Origin: Bigelowiella natans CCMP2755
Lineage: Eukaryota; Protista; Cercozoa
Direction of reading: 5' to 3'
DNA length: 64,000 nt
NCBI GenBank assembly: GCA_000320545.1
Contig: ADNK01000490.1
Span: 1 to 64,000 of the forward strand
The translations under genes and the position numbers were made by a program. The notes below the pieces were generated by a model, which saw only the letters and a list, made by a program, of their open reading frames with translations, made no database searches and had not been told where the DNA came from. This document shows, piece by piece, positions 41,244 to 55,150 of the stretch (position 1 is its first letter; every line of letters begins with the position of its first letter).

Positions 41244-42877
41244 GTCACACTAGACCTGGTCGAAGGCATCTCTGGGGGGGGGGTCCTGCCTAAGCTTCCG
41301 CATGCATGCTTTTATAGGTAAGCTGTTCGACGAGGAGTCTTCTTCTCCGTCAGCGCCTCCTTTAGCTTCTGAGAGTTAATATATAGTGATGACAGGTGTG
41401 TGTTGTGGGGAGGTCAGGAGAGGGGAGGAGATTCGATATGAAATCTGCAAACCCACCATCGTCAGCGTCCACGTCTTTCAGATCTTGGCTGGTGGATTGA
41501 ATGAGGGCTATATGCCTCAGGCTCGCAAGTGCGTGGTCAGCAGCTTTCCTCGTTGGAACTTGTAAAGATTTGTAAACGTCGACCTTACATCACAGATTGA
41601 TGAGGTTCGTACGTTATGACGATGATGGCCGTCGATGATAATGGCAATGGATGTGATTTCTCAGAAGGATAGCTGTGTTGAAGGAGTGATAGCTTGATGA
41701 TGCGATCACAGTTTTAACACAGGTTTGTGTATTTAGCAGATGATTACTATGATATTCATGCATGATTTGTCCGTCAATCAATCAAACACATTTTTTAGAA
41801 ATATTGTTGCTGCATTTATTTAGTAGAAGTACCCGGTTTATGAAGTCGAAGCAGGATGATAGCCGACGCGCTTTGAAAAAACTGGACAGTCATATACAGA
41901 GAATATTTGAGCGGTAGACTTGACTCACTTTCATAAAAGTGAATGGGATCACCGCATACGTTACTCTTAACAACGACCGATCTACTCTATTGAACATCTT
42001 TTGAGAATGGACTTCGAAAGATTATAGAAACATACTGGGATATGAAGTAGAACGCCAGAGAGTGATGATAAGCATTATCGAATCTGTCATCGATAAAGCG
42101 GTCAATGATATGAGTCAACATCCAACACTGAAGTCGCTCTTAGAGTAGAATTACTTGCCGAATTTCTTTCTGTATGATTCAATTTCAGACTTCAACTCGA
42201 CTGCAGTTCTCAGCCTTAAATTTGTTTTCTTATGCCCCTGGAAAGTTTGATAAAGGTGTTTCTCAAGTTGTTGCTTTATATTCTCTGTATTAATATAAAA
42301 ATACTTATGTTTTCTGAATACCTTTTCACGGTACATGCTAGATGGAGATCGAGGACCCTGAGAATTATTCATTACAAGCATAGAAGTAGTTATTTAAACC
42401 TTCATAAAAGAAATCATGCCAGCGCACGTCACATTGAAACACAAGCCATGGAGAGAGCAAAAGAGAAAGGGTGGAAGGATAGCTAGTAAGGAATCCTTGC
42501 TTTATAGTTAACATCCCGTTCTTATCGATGAATCACTAACCGAAGAATTTCTGCTGCGGCCAAATAAGCTCTCTTTATGTCTAATATAGGGTGTTCGCGA
42601 TTCGGCCTGGAGTATGGTAAATCAGTCTAGTGCGTTGTTTTTAGCACATGCGCAAATAATTCATGTCCACGACCTGATTTGAGCCGGCGTGTTCATTCCG
42701 ATAATCTTCGTTGCCTTTTTTAACGTTCGCAGGCACAGACTTAGAGGGTACATTTTAAGGATAACACACGAAATCTGTTCATTTTCGGAACGTACCAAGC
42801 TCCCCATCGTCATTGTCATCCTGGTCTCGCGTATTATTGTCCTCCGGGTCCTTTTTCTCCTTCAGTTCTCCTTCCAT
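36301..42877 (-). CDS. GRK: G-protein-coupled-receptor-kinase-like AGC kinase (RGS-homology + kinase + CaaX)
   Basis: RH-like segments [23 protein letters not shown]|VDVYKSL and [15 protein letters not shown]; AVQW|KTY...[16 protein letters not shown]; YAMKEI; SPFVLSLK; GGDL; [30 protein letters not shown]; ISDLGL; [10 protein letters not shown]; HPFF, PPFIP, KEFYDTF. Ends [10 protein letters not shown]. Confidence 0.8.
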
Positions 42878-42954
42878 GGTCAATACTCCTTTTCTTCTTG
42901 ATGCGTGCGGTTTCGACCTAGTGTTGTATCTCTTCTGGGTACGCAGGAAGCACT

Positions 42955-45900
42955 ATGGCAAGTCAAGGCAAGGTGCAACCCTGCGAGGAGGAGCAAGCCG
43001 AACCCAGCCAAGCGCTTCTGAAATAAATGAAGAATTATTGATGGTGTTCGCACGTATACGTTCGTTGCCTAAATTGGATCTAGATCTAGATCTTAAAACA
43101 AATAATTATAGTAAATACTACTACTACTACTACGTCGCACAGCTAGTACTCACAACAAATCTTGAGGCCATTTTTCCAGAAACAGGTCGCTGTCAAACAG
43201 TATCCGCCGCAAAACATGCTGAGAAATTGATCAGCCTGCAGCTCGAGGGTGGAACCAAAGGAAGACAGGTTGATTTTCAGTCCAACAGGCCATTTTATGC
43301 TAAAATGATTTAGATAAAAAGGGAAGTGATTCTTTCATGAGGATCGATGTCAATCTGCCCTTTAGATCAGAACAGCGGGCAAAGCTGAACAAGTACGGAA
43401 AAGATGGCAATCTGAAATGTTTGACTTGTGTTTGAATTGAATTCCCAGAGAATCTCGATGCCCTCTCCAGAAGAAATCCTCCGGCAGCAACGATCCGAAG
43501 AGATTTGGGATGTTTGAGAGGTTTTTAGAAGTGGTTACTGCTGTTCATTTTTATTTTTTGTTGTCGTCACATCTAAAATCACCTATCTAGTGTAAAAAAA
43601 TGGTGCGGCAAACATTGTCGTTCTTCTATGATTTGGAGTATTCAGTTATGTTTTGGAAGTACATGCATGCGGATAACACTTCAAAAGGATAGTCAAGACA
43701 CAACAATAATAATGGAGCTTGAGGTAACCAGAACGGCATTCTGAGGAATACATTCAACATATCTGATAAGAATATCTATAGAATGTGGATGGGTGGCTCA
43801 TGAAGCGAGGAGCCATCAATACGTCTTTCAAGAGGAGACACTTTCGTCTGGAAAAGAACGTGATCATTTTTACTACCCCCATTGGACTGTGCTAAAATAT
43901 TTCCAATTTTTAGATTTTGAGCTACTACGTAGATGATCAAACTCTAAAGCCACAAGGAGCTATGTAAGTCTGTTATTACTGTTTGATTTTGAACATGTGG
44001 GCTCCCAGTAGTCTGATACTGAATGAAATCAGTAATATCCTTAACGCTGACATACGAAACGAAACTCCTGGGGAAGAAGATGGCTTCGAACTGGTATTTA
44101 TCAGCCTCCTCTGCACTGCTGAATAGCGACTTAACTCGTTTACGTTTGCACAGGTTTGCACAGGCCGAATCTACGTATTGAGAGCCGAATCAAGGTTAAA
44201 TAATTTAAAACGCTCATTTGTGTACGAATTTCATCAATTTATAATTTTTTTGCCACCCTTAGGGATGTGGCTGATGAGTGGGTTCAAACTTTGAGAATGC
44301 GGAAACAGGTTTACATAATCCCCTCATAAACGTTTGGCACTTTTACAAAGCAATAATATCAGATTCTCACGACGTCGTCAACTACTCCCGACCTTAATGG
44401 AAATACCGAAGGAGAGGGAAAAGATGTTGAGGCAAAGCTGAAAGAGGAAGTCTTGCTTCTTCGTCGTGAGGTAGATAAATTGTATTAATTTGAAGTTGTT
44501 TGATAGTCCTGCCGACCTCTCTTACGTGCGTTAATATTTTCGCAGTGTGCTAAAATGAAAGAAAAAATGGTGAAAGCAAGGAAGGAGAAGGATGTTAGTA
44601 ACAAAAAAATTATATTGAAGCTCTTCTTAGATTAAATGATGCTGGTATTCAGGAGGCTGTTGCTCGAGAACAGCATCTCAATAAGAGTCTGAAAATTCAA
44701 GAGGAGACTGACAAAGGAAACGTGACTCTTCGGGCAGTACGAGTTTGGAAGGACAGGTTTCTTAGTGCATAGATAAAATCAAATATATGAAGAGGGTTCC
44801 AACGAAATCTTTATAGGTGTGCAGCCCAGGAAGAAAAGATGAAGGAATTAAAGATTAAGGTTGAGAAATACTTATACGTCTGTCCACATCGCCTCGCCGA
44901 TCTAACGGAATATGTGTCAGCTACCCAATCCTCAAGCTACTTCTCGTCGAACTCTCATTCTCTTATATGTTGACAGAATGCGGAAATGGAATTGGAAGCG
45001 ACCGGACTAAAAGAGGCAATCGCTAAGCTAACTGGAGAACAGGTAAAAAGGTGGAGTTTTCCCATACGGGATTCCAATAAATTCGTACTATCAAACACAG
45101 GCGGATTTCGGGTACAAAATTCGCCAGTTGGAAGAGGAGAACAAGGCATGAACTCATTCGTGATTTTGAGAGTTATCATCTCTGAGATTTGAAAATATCA
45201 TATTTCAGGCTCTGGAAAAAGAGCAAGCCAGGCTGAAAACCGATCTTAAAGAAGCTGAAATGACTAAAGTTAAGGTATGTAGATCCAAGTATTTTCGATA
45301 CTACCGATTGACGCGAATACTTAAAATTGGGTTTCATATTGCCAGCTGGAAGCCAAAATGACTCAAGAGACATTGCAGCTGAATAAGGTGCGACAGATAG
45401 ATGATGTTCGTATCAAAATATGTAACTTTGCCCAGTAAGTAACTTCTATTCCTCTATACACAGGAAAAAGAGGAAGTTGAACAGAAGCTGAACAAGACCA
45501 AATCGGTATCGCAGGAAATTTAGAGACGTAAATAGGTTCTGGGAAGGGAAACGATACATTTCAAACACTATCCGTCGTTTTATCTCAATCTTTTACTTAC
45601 ATATATTTATTTCTAAACAGAGAGTGCAATTGCTCTCCAGCATGTCTGCATGGTGTTTCAGCACAGAGGTCTGTTTTCCCACTCCTTAAAGTTCCTACCT
45701 TGAGCTTCCTTCATTAGAAGACGAATGGTGCACTCATTCATCTCTACTATAGAAGCCTGGTGCGGGAGAGGAAGCATGGAAACTTGAGGTTGTTCAGCTG
45801 GACGCCAAGACTGAGAAGGATTTCATGGTTGTAATTTATCCCGAAGAATTCATTTTTGCTTCTGTTTAACATTATTGTGTAATATCATCAACTAATATCT

Positions 45901-46777
45901 GTGCAGACGAAGGAAGACGCCCACATAGAATATGTCATCGTCGATCAGGATGTATGTAAATAATCAAAGAAAGCAATATTCTTCCATTTTGTGCATTACC
46001 ACTAACATATAATGATTCAAAATCGGGAAATTGTTGAAAAACAAGCATTTTTCGTAGGGCTCCTTCATGGGACAAGCTGCGCGTACTCCAGCACTGAAAC
46101 TTAACTCAGCAGTCTATTTGCGCATTGGAGACAAAAAGAAGGTAAAAGTTGAGAAAAAAATCATATCCCATGAATGATCTCTCATTAGTCTATGATATAC
46201 AGCTCGAGACACTTTATATCATGGCCCAACTAAAGTGGCGCAAGGAGAAGAAGAAGATGGTTAAGGTATCCGCTGTAAAGTTGGGACTGTTTTCTTTTTT
46301 GGTTAACTCGCATTTTGCTATTTTATTTAGAAATCAGTGGTTGCTTGGGCATACGCATCTCTAGCGAGCCTCCTCATGGGGTAGATTGTTTGCTTTTGCT
46401 TAATTTCAACAAGATTGCAGATATGATCACTTTACTTGCATTTTAGTACAAAAGGCCATAATCTAGAAGACATTGGCTTGCAAGTGGATGATAGGTTGTA
46501 AAAGAGAATAAATGGATCTGCCGCATAACCACTAAGTGTCACAAAAATATTCTTTTGCAGGCCTGAATGTTGCCTTCAGCTCTATAAGAAGCCAGTTGAT
46601 TTTACTCGTGATCCTCAGGTTGTTTACATGCAACTAATTACGTACGACCATTAAATCACTAATGCATCAGTTTTGTTCGTTTAAAGATTTGTCTACTGAT
46701 ACGTTTTGTCTCAGCTCCTGGTTTCCTTGGGTAGTCAGAGATTGACAATAAGAGCTTCTGCCTCAGCGTCAGAATGA
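42955..46777 (+). CDS. PH domain + coiled coil + AIDA-type C2 domain protein; start uncertain (42955 or 43712)
   Basis: PH: DGWLMKRGAINTSFKRRHFRLEKN|ILSYY...GRIYVLRAES.|DVADEWVQTL. Coiled-coil exons at 44400-45500. C2: DAHIEYVIVDQ..., YIMAQLKWRKEKKK|SVVAWAY, LQLYKKPVDFTR. Stop TGA at 46775-46777. Confidence 0.75.
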
Positions 46778-47136
46778 CCGTTACAACAATGAGACACAGT
46801 TTGCTAATGTATTTCTAGGTTTGTGTGCATATGTATGATGCAGTTGCAATTTAGCCGATTGTGTTTGGTCGACCACATCAATTGCGATATAAAGGACCAT
46901 GTTTTTGCCCGTATCCATTGTATCTGCATCGCAGCGCGGCAGGTAAATGTTGAAACTTTTTTTTGCAACTGCCGGCGACCCTCCCGGACAACATTTCATC
47001 TGCATCGACATAGCATGGATCAGCTAGCTCGCTCAATGCTACATGCGTTTGACTGCAAACATCGCGAGCGTGCGTGGATTATTGCATGCATGCTTGCTTG
47101 CATTTCATTCTATATATGACATTACGATCAGCGAAC

Positions 47137-47452
47137 ACCATGAAAAATCAGTGAGAAAAGTGTCAATTCAACACTTTTGCATGAAAAGTGTTGAATCAAT
47201 ACCAAAATGCGTCAATTTGACAGATTGGAAAAAAATCAATCAATTTTGCGCGTTTGCATACGCAATGTCAGGGTTGAACATGAATTGGACATGCCAAAAG
47301 TGTTTGTCTGTCGATCAGCACGTCAGCTCCAACTGAGTTGACCAAACGCTTGACGCATTGACACATTTAATTTTATATTGGCATTAATTTGACATGCACT
47401 TTTATTCATGCAAAAATGTTGAATCAACACTTTTTTCACTGATTTTCATGGT
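47137..47452. mobile_element. MITE / fold-back non-autonomous DNA transposon (~315 bp)
   Basis: Left end ACCATGAAAAATCAGTGAGAAAAGTGTCAATTCAACACTTTTGCATGAA versus reverse complement of right end ACCATGAAAATCAGTGAAAAAAGTGTTGATTCAACATTTTTGCATGAA. Inner inverted pair AATGCGTCAA/TTGACGCATT. No clean TSD. Confidence 0.75.
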
Positions 47453-47978
47453 TTGCGGACGCTGCGCATCAATTAATTCTAACGTGCATGCTCATTCTTC
47501 GATCGTCGATGCACAACATGTCCGCAGAATTTTAACCCATGCAGCTAGTACGTCAACGCACATGCTAGTAGCACTGCAAAAGCTAGCATGCATGGCTGTG
47601 TGTGCACAGTGCTACGTGTTATTGGTCATCACGCTTGCACACATGGCGCATGTGTATATACACGCTAGCATGCGTGTGCGCTGCTCATTGTCATGCAATA
47701 ACGGCACGTTGTATTACGCAAAAATTTCGTCGCGATGACAATTTGTTGCTCTTCCTATCTATCTGTGCATATACTGCCCGATCTTTGGAATACCTTTTAC
47801 TATAAGACGGATGTGATGAAGTGATTAAATCTTTTCACTATCTTAGTGTACATGTAAACAGATGATTTACTTATATACTTCACATGCCATTTCATACCAT
47901 CAATCTTGCTTGCTTTTCGTATCATGCTTGTACAGTATGTAAACGGTATTTGTCTTAAGAATTGACGCGAGCGTCTTT

Positions 47979-48450
47979 CTACTTTCCACCCCATCTTGGA
48001 CCACGCTTTTCTGCAGGCTTCATGGGCTTGGCTGTGCGTTTGTGAAGGGGATGGAAGTTGGCTTGTGACCGTCGCAAACCTCGATCGAACCTTCGGTGCA
48101 GTAAAATTCAAGAGATGAGTCCAGAAACGAGCAGGAATGTGACAGATCCAAAAATCATCATAACCACGAACTTTACACTCAACGATTGATTCTTACTTGT
48201 CTCGTTTATCGTGGCCATTCTCTGTCCGCACCTGAAAAAAAGGGAACTATCTGAGCACACGAAGACAAAGTCAACATGCCGTTTTTCTTACCTTGGCGAA
48301 GCCTCTCTTCTTCTGTTCTTTAAATTTGGGCTCTACAAGGAACATATTGTGCGGAAGATGCGGTGCATGCGTCTTCTTCAATGAACTGATAAGGGAGAAA
48401 AGTAGGGGAGGAAGTCATGCAAAAGCATAAAGTTGAAGATGCACATAAAT

Positions 48451-48513
<63 letters not shown>

Positions 48514-49293
48514 ATACTGCTTGCGAGTTCCCGCTCTATCGTGTACAAAGATGCGTACATCTGTGACTACAGCGATGAATCGGCCAATGCAAATGCGGGA
48601 AACTAGAAGAAACGCATACATCTTCTTCGGCTTGGTCTTGAGGATGGTCTCATTCCTGTCAATCTGAGACGGCCGTTTCTTTGAGTTGCCTTGTAGATAG
48701 GTCATGAAGGCCTGTTGTGAAAGGGGGGGAAATGTAAAGAACAGAGGCAATATGTATCATCCCGTAAATGTCCAATATATGTTAAAGAAATTTGTCTCTT
48801 TCTCTCCTTCTATCTGCGCGTTTTCTTTAGTCCTAATTAGTCCAGGATTGTCGTATCATTATCATCTTTTCCTCATCATCACTACCGGATCTCCTTTGAG
48901 CTTCGACCGTGATTCCTCAGCCTCCTCCAACTGAGAGAGAATCGTAATGAAATAAGGAGAAAAGAAAGTAAGGAATAAAAGGAAGTTTTGGGATCTTTCA
49001 AAAGAGGATGATGGTGAAGGCGGAGATGGGAAAGAAGAACGGGAAGGATCTAGAAGAAGAGGGATTGAGGTGCTTGCGTGATATTGGCGCCGGATTGCGA
49101 TCCATATTTATATTCGAAGTGTACATGCAGGGTTGGTTTTAATGGGAGGCAAAGAGAGCAACCGAGAGTGTGTGTAGCCTCTCTTCAATATCTGCCTCGT
49201 GGACCGAGGGCTCAAATATATGTTTTCGTTCCTGATAATTATATTTTTATGTTATTTTGGTACACATGTTTACACTACCTATGAAAGCAAACA

Positions 49294-49334
<41 letters not shown>

Positions 49335-49336
49335 TA

Positions 49337-49392
<56 letters not shown>

Positions 49393-50340
49393 ACTATACT
49401 TGTCTTCCACATATTATTAATAAGCTATTTTTGCACAAATACACCTTGTATCCGAACACACCATCCTGACTAATCTTGCCATAACGGTTGAACCCAAGGC
49501 GGCATCTATTAGAGTCGAGAAAGAAAGCAACCGATACATGAATTTGCCTTTCCTAGGGCGGTGGTGATCTTTTTCTATGCACTCATGTATACGAACAGGA
49601 AAGCGATGTGTCCGTTTGTGCTTGTTATGATCCAATCACCTTCTGCATTTTTCACGTTCTATAAGCGTCTTCGCGCCACATCTTTGGAATAAACAAGTCT
49701 TGAATGAGTTTTGTGAAAGAAAATTCTCTTGCAAGTTGCTGCACCACAAACAAGTTTCCCTCCCCTCAACATGTCATCTCTTGGATCTTTTGTTCATTGG
49801 CCTCCCCAAGTTACTACCTTGGACATGTGCGGTAGCGCACTTTTATCTGAAAGTAAGAGCAGGTGATGGGAGGGGGAAAGAATTAAGGGACAATACGATG
49901 AGCAACAACACCTAGCACGGAGAATTGATTACTATCGAGAGTGTATTCCTGTGAATTTGCGTTCGTGTAAGAAGTGCGTAGTCTACAATGAAGCATGCCC
50001 ACGGAACGGGTGGTTGACGTTACTGGTACACATGGGGCTCATGCGGTATTTATAATACACTTACCGTTTCCGCCGCTTCTCGCATTTCTGAATATATGGT
50101 CTCGCCTATCTCTTCTCTCTTGCTTGGATGCAGCGTCTTAGGTGGGATGGTGTACTCGTGCGGATCGGTCGGCACGTAATAGCGGAATTCAGGCCTCTTC
50201 GAGCCTCTCGTACGCTTCTTTGCCTAGTAATATGCGAGGAAGAGAATGAGTTCCAGTGCTTCGATTGACCGAGGAATATATATTCAGTCGGTACGCATAG
50301 AAGGTGGATGGAGCGACAGTAGTAAGAAATAAACGAGCGA

Positions 50341-50389
<49 letters not shown>

Positions 50390-50832
50390 AAGAGAGAGAC
50401 AGAAAAGGGATACAGGCGTGCAAATCATTGTTCATCACTACGTTCGTATTATTAACCTCTGATTTATTGGTTGCGGTGAGATCGTCGTGTGCGTTTGTGA
50501 AATCCACACTCTGGCTCAGGAAGCTATTACAAGGAGAGAACGACAGGTTATGCAAATACGAGATTAATAATGTATTTTTGTGTCTGTGCTATCTATCTAT
50601 AGCCGGTTGATAATCAATTGATCATGAAATTTCTCAAGTGCAATAAAGTTGGAACTACTACTTGAGGTTGTGTGTCTGGTGGAGATTCTTGTTTCGAGTT
50701 TGCCTGTTCAAGAGGGAGGAGAATAAGTGTTGGCACCCACAACATAGACTCATTGATATAATCATACGAATATAGTATTTATATATATATATATATATAC
50801 ATACATACATCCATACATACATAATAAATATT

Positions 50833-50894
<62 letters not shown>

Positions 50895-50909
50895 ATACAT
50901 ATATGTGTG

Positions 50910-50983
<74 letters not shown>

Positions 50984-51131
50984 CGTTGAGAAGCCGCCGC
51001 CCTTGGAGGACTTTGTAGTTTAATCTGTGCACAACATCGTAATCATGATAGGTTCTTCATTATAGTGCCAGCCCATGCTCAGCCCACATCATATGAGGAT
51101 ATATCACTTTAACGTACTATGCTGCATCATT

Positions 51132-51166
<35 letters not shown>

Positions 51167-54100
51167 CATCCCTAGGGGTGGTCTACCTCTGGCCGCTGTA
51201 CATATACACAGGGTGCCCGGCGTATTCAATCCTGCAACGACGATGTGATGGAGTTGGAATTACATAAAAATATGTGCAGTAGTATGTGCGTTAAGCTCCC
51301 ATGCAGCAGCACAACGATAGTAATGACGACGATGAACGTTCAGATACGAACAGCACACTGTGAATTTAAATCTTTGCATACTTCTTGCCGCTGCTCATCT
51401 CAAGCCTATCGTATGTGTCCGCGAAGTGCGCTTCGTCGATTCCCCTCTGCATGTTGCGAGATAGAATTAGTCACGAGAGATCATGTCGCGATTGATAGTG
51501 AAAGCATGCCGGAAATGTCAGTGTAGCACCATCCTTAGGATAACGAACTAAAAGCATACGAATTGTTGGGTTTACTTCGGTGTGCTTAGCCGCAGCGATC
51601 TTCCTATTATCATACTCGACCTTCGCTGCATGAACCTTAGATGTTCAATTAGTGTTATGTTTCGTGCGCTATTGCGAGATAGAAGGAAGTGCGGCCGAAT
51701 AGCATGGGAGGGAGATGGGAAGAGGGAGTGGGAGAGAGAAGTACACAACTCTACATATGTATACCGTTCGGCGGAATGCGTAGATATCGAGTGTAGTTTG
51801 CTAAGATACATGCACAACACACAAGCCATAATAACCACAACCAAGCACAAACACAAGTACAAACACCAAGTCAGCCAAACAGAAAAGGTATACTTCCAAC
51901 ACACATATACCGACCGAAGAAATACATTCCCCCGTCTACCTCCCTTAACCCCCCCTGCCTTTCCTTCCTTCTTCGTCGCTTTTTTGCATCAAATTCTGCA
52001 CCTGCTTGCAGCACGCTCCGAACACACTTTCGAGTTCTTTCGCTGAAAGACTCACCCTATTGGTTAACGCAGTAAATGCGAGTACGTGAAGAAGAGTGAG
52101 GAGCAAGGCGTGGAACCAACCAGGGAAGTAAAACAGGAGAGATAGAGATAACAAAGAAGTACATATAATGCGTAGGGATGATGAAACCAAGGATGACCGA
52201 AGTACGACATTTTTGTAGCTAAATCGTAAAAACGATCAGATCGTTCGCAATCTTTCATAGTAGAGCATGGCCGATTTATGGCATATTCGTATGATGTGTA
52301 TGCTTTTAAACTGGCACCCACCCGTCGAGGATATCAAGAGATTGGACGAATTCATATTTGTTTACTAGCCCGCTGACAAAAGAAACATCTGATGCTGCGC
52401 TCGTAATATGATAGTAGTGACGATGAAACGAGGACCATTTTAGATTTAATAACGGGGATTGATATTGAGGGGAGAGAAAAGTCTTGCTTTTACACTAGAT
52501 GGCAAACAAGTGGTTTCTACCCGTTTCCGAATTCCCTGAAAGCGGATAGGGCCTGGACAATGCGTGCATGGATGTGTGTTTGTACACATTGTGTACATTA
52601 GTGGTCATAATCGAGATGTTGCATTATGTATGTCCTATTTCACAGTGCTTGCACGTAACCCACCCCTCTCGCTTTCCACCCAATAATAATGCTCTCTTAC
52701 CTCCGAGGATTGCTTCAGAATTGGTCCGTAGAGTTTGACTGGGAAGAAATATTGGAGAGAAATTTAGAAGATGAAAGATCTCGCTCGCCATTATTGCACG
52801 AAGACAAGGACGCACTTATAAGACAGACGTACCGAAGAGATTGAGAGTTTCATCTTCTAGCGAAGACACATCCAATAAGGGAGCTGCCCGGGAAGCAGCC
52901 TGTTGCAGCAATCACATACACCGAGAGAGAGAAGAGGGCATTTAGTTGCATATCTTAGGACTTGCGAGACGGTAACATCTTTATGATTCTCATCCAAATC
53001 GCCATCCTCAAACACAATCTCGTCGCCTACCACTTCCTCCTCCCAGGGCTTCGTTCTCGTTTGCCTCATCGTCCTTCGGAGTTCAAGACCACCAGTGCTC
53101 CTGTCCCCGCTGTCGTTGCCAATGGACCTACTGCTAAACGTAGAGGACGCCGCGTCTATCAGCGTCTGCGAACGCCGAGTTGCTGATGAAAGGAACATAG
53201 CCAGCACAGTTTCATCGTTAATTTTAAATTGTAGCTCTTATGGTAGTAATATTCGCAGCAGTGTTAGTCGGGGGAGAGTAGAGCAGTAGAGGAGTAAAGG
53301 AAGAGGGGAAGAAGGTAGGTGCTGCTATTATGGTGCATAGGTCTGATTGGATATGGACGGATGCATAATGGCGACATGCAAGCAAACAGGTATGTATTTT
53401 CAACGACGACGACGACAAAGACGACGATCACGGGAAGGATAAGGTTAGTGCAGACGAGATAGCTACTTCTTCTGCTTTTGCTTTTGGTGGACGCAGAAGG
53501 TTTCCTGCCCTCCCTGCTGTCATTGCGTGCCGTTACGAAGGTTGGAAGCTCCCGAGGTGGCAAACCGATGTCCTCGTCCAGTACCTCCTTCCCAAACTTC
53601 TTCTCGAGTGCCCGCAGCTCTTCAATCCGCGGGAACACACGCTCAATCTGATGTGCATTTTCATTTGCGTGTAGGGAGGAGAGTGAATAGAATGGCAGGT
53701 ATTGTTCTCGACAGCGCAAAGCTCTCATTATGACAAAGATTAGCAAGAAGATCAAACCTTTGCTGACTTTAGTCCGTGTTTCGTGGCATTTTTCAAGGAT
53801 ATCTGCAACGAATAGATAGATATGCTATTAGACTCATGGGCAGATGTAGTTGTCTTGAATCTTATTCCCCATGGTTATTTTTTTTAAACATTTTTTAAGT
53901 AGGCACAGAAATGGCAAAGGCAAGCAACACTCACCAGTCGGCTTATGCATCGAAGGTACTTCTCCCTGGAGTTCTGCATCATGAACGTGGAGACCTGCAA
54001 GAGATGCAGCAGAGAGTTGAGTTGTGTTTTACACGACAAAGTATGCATGCAGCACGCTCCATCAAGGATGGGCAAGAAGATTATGAGAACCTCTCTATTT

Positions 54101-55110
54101 CTTTGTAACTCCTTCCCCAATTTTATCACTGCCATATCGCTAAATAACAAAGGGAGAAGCAGCAGCAGCGGTACCTGTTTTTCTAGAGCGTCAAGCGTGT
54201 GTGTAAGCTTTATGGATTTGAGCTCGAGGTGAAAGTCCGCGTACAGGCGATGCTCGAAGGTCACTTCGGGATTGTGCAGTAATGCAATGGGTCCGTTACT
54301 GTTCAGGCTTAAGGTTGCTTCCTCTAGGATACTTCCAGAAACACGTCGCGCTGAAAGTTTTGGAAGGAGTAAATGGCTGGATGGTGGAGGAGAAGGCAGG
54401 GTGGTTGAATGCACCCCGTCCCTACGTGCAAGTATGAATGTATTATGGGGGTGTGTTATCGAACCAAGAGGGGCTGTCTTGACCAGCTTCTCTATCGTCG
54501 TGAACTTTTCAATTTCGCCTGCATACGTCGAATGCCACCAACAACGGCGAGGAAGAGGACAAAGCGGGGGAGGGATGATATCAAGAACGAATAGGAGCGA
54601 CACTTGGATGCACAACTATCAGCATCTGCTCTACAAGAAGAAGGCAGCAGACAGAGATTGCCCAAGCAACACGTGCTACTTCCCAACATGATCATTCTTA
54701 GGTTGTCCTCTCGGTCGTCATTATTGCTCGAGGCATAGATATATGTGGTTCTAATTACCGTCTTGGGCGACGCTGTTGACAGCATCTGCTGTTTTCACTT
54801 CTTCACCTTCGTTTTTCTGCTCCTCCTCTTCCTTTTTCGCTTCCTCTCCCTCCTCTTTTTTGTCCTGCTCCGCAGCTTCGGTCGATCTCTTCGCTTTAGC
54901 AATGATCTGTGATGCTCCTATTGTTTGCATCAAGGAAATGATACACCCATCGAAGGCGTCCATGTCAAAAAATACTTGGTAATGATTTCAATACCGACGC
55001 TAACAGTTGCTATGTAAAAGTACCCTCAAGAATGATGTAGCGGAAATTGTCATCAACTAGCTGGAAACCTGATAGCCCACATCATGCTCAGGTTTGAGTG
55101 TGTGTGTACG

Positions 55111-55150
<40 letters not shown>

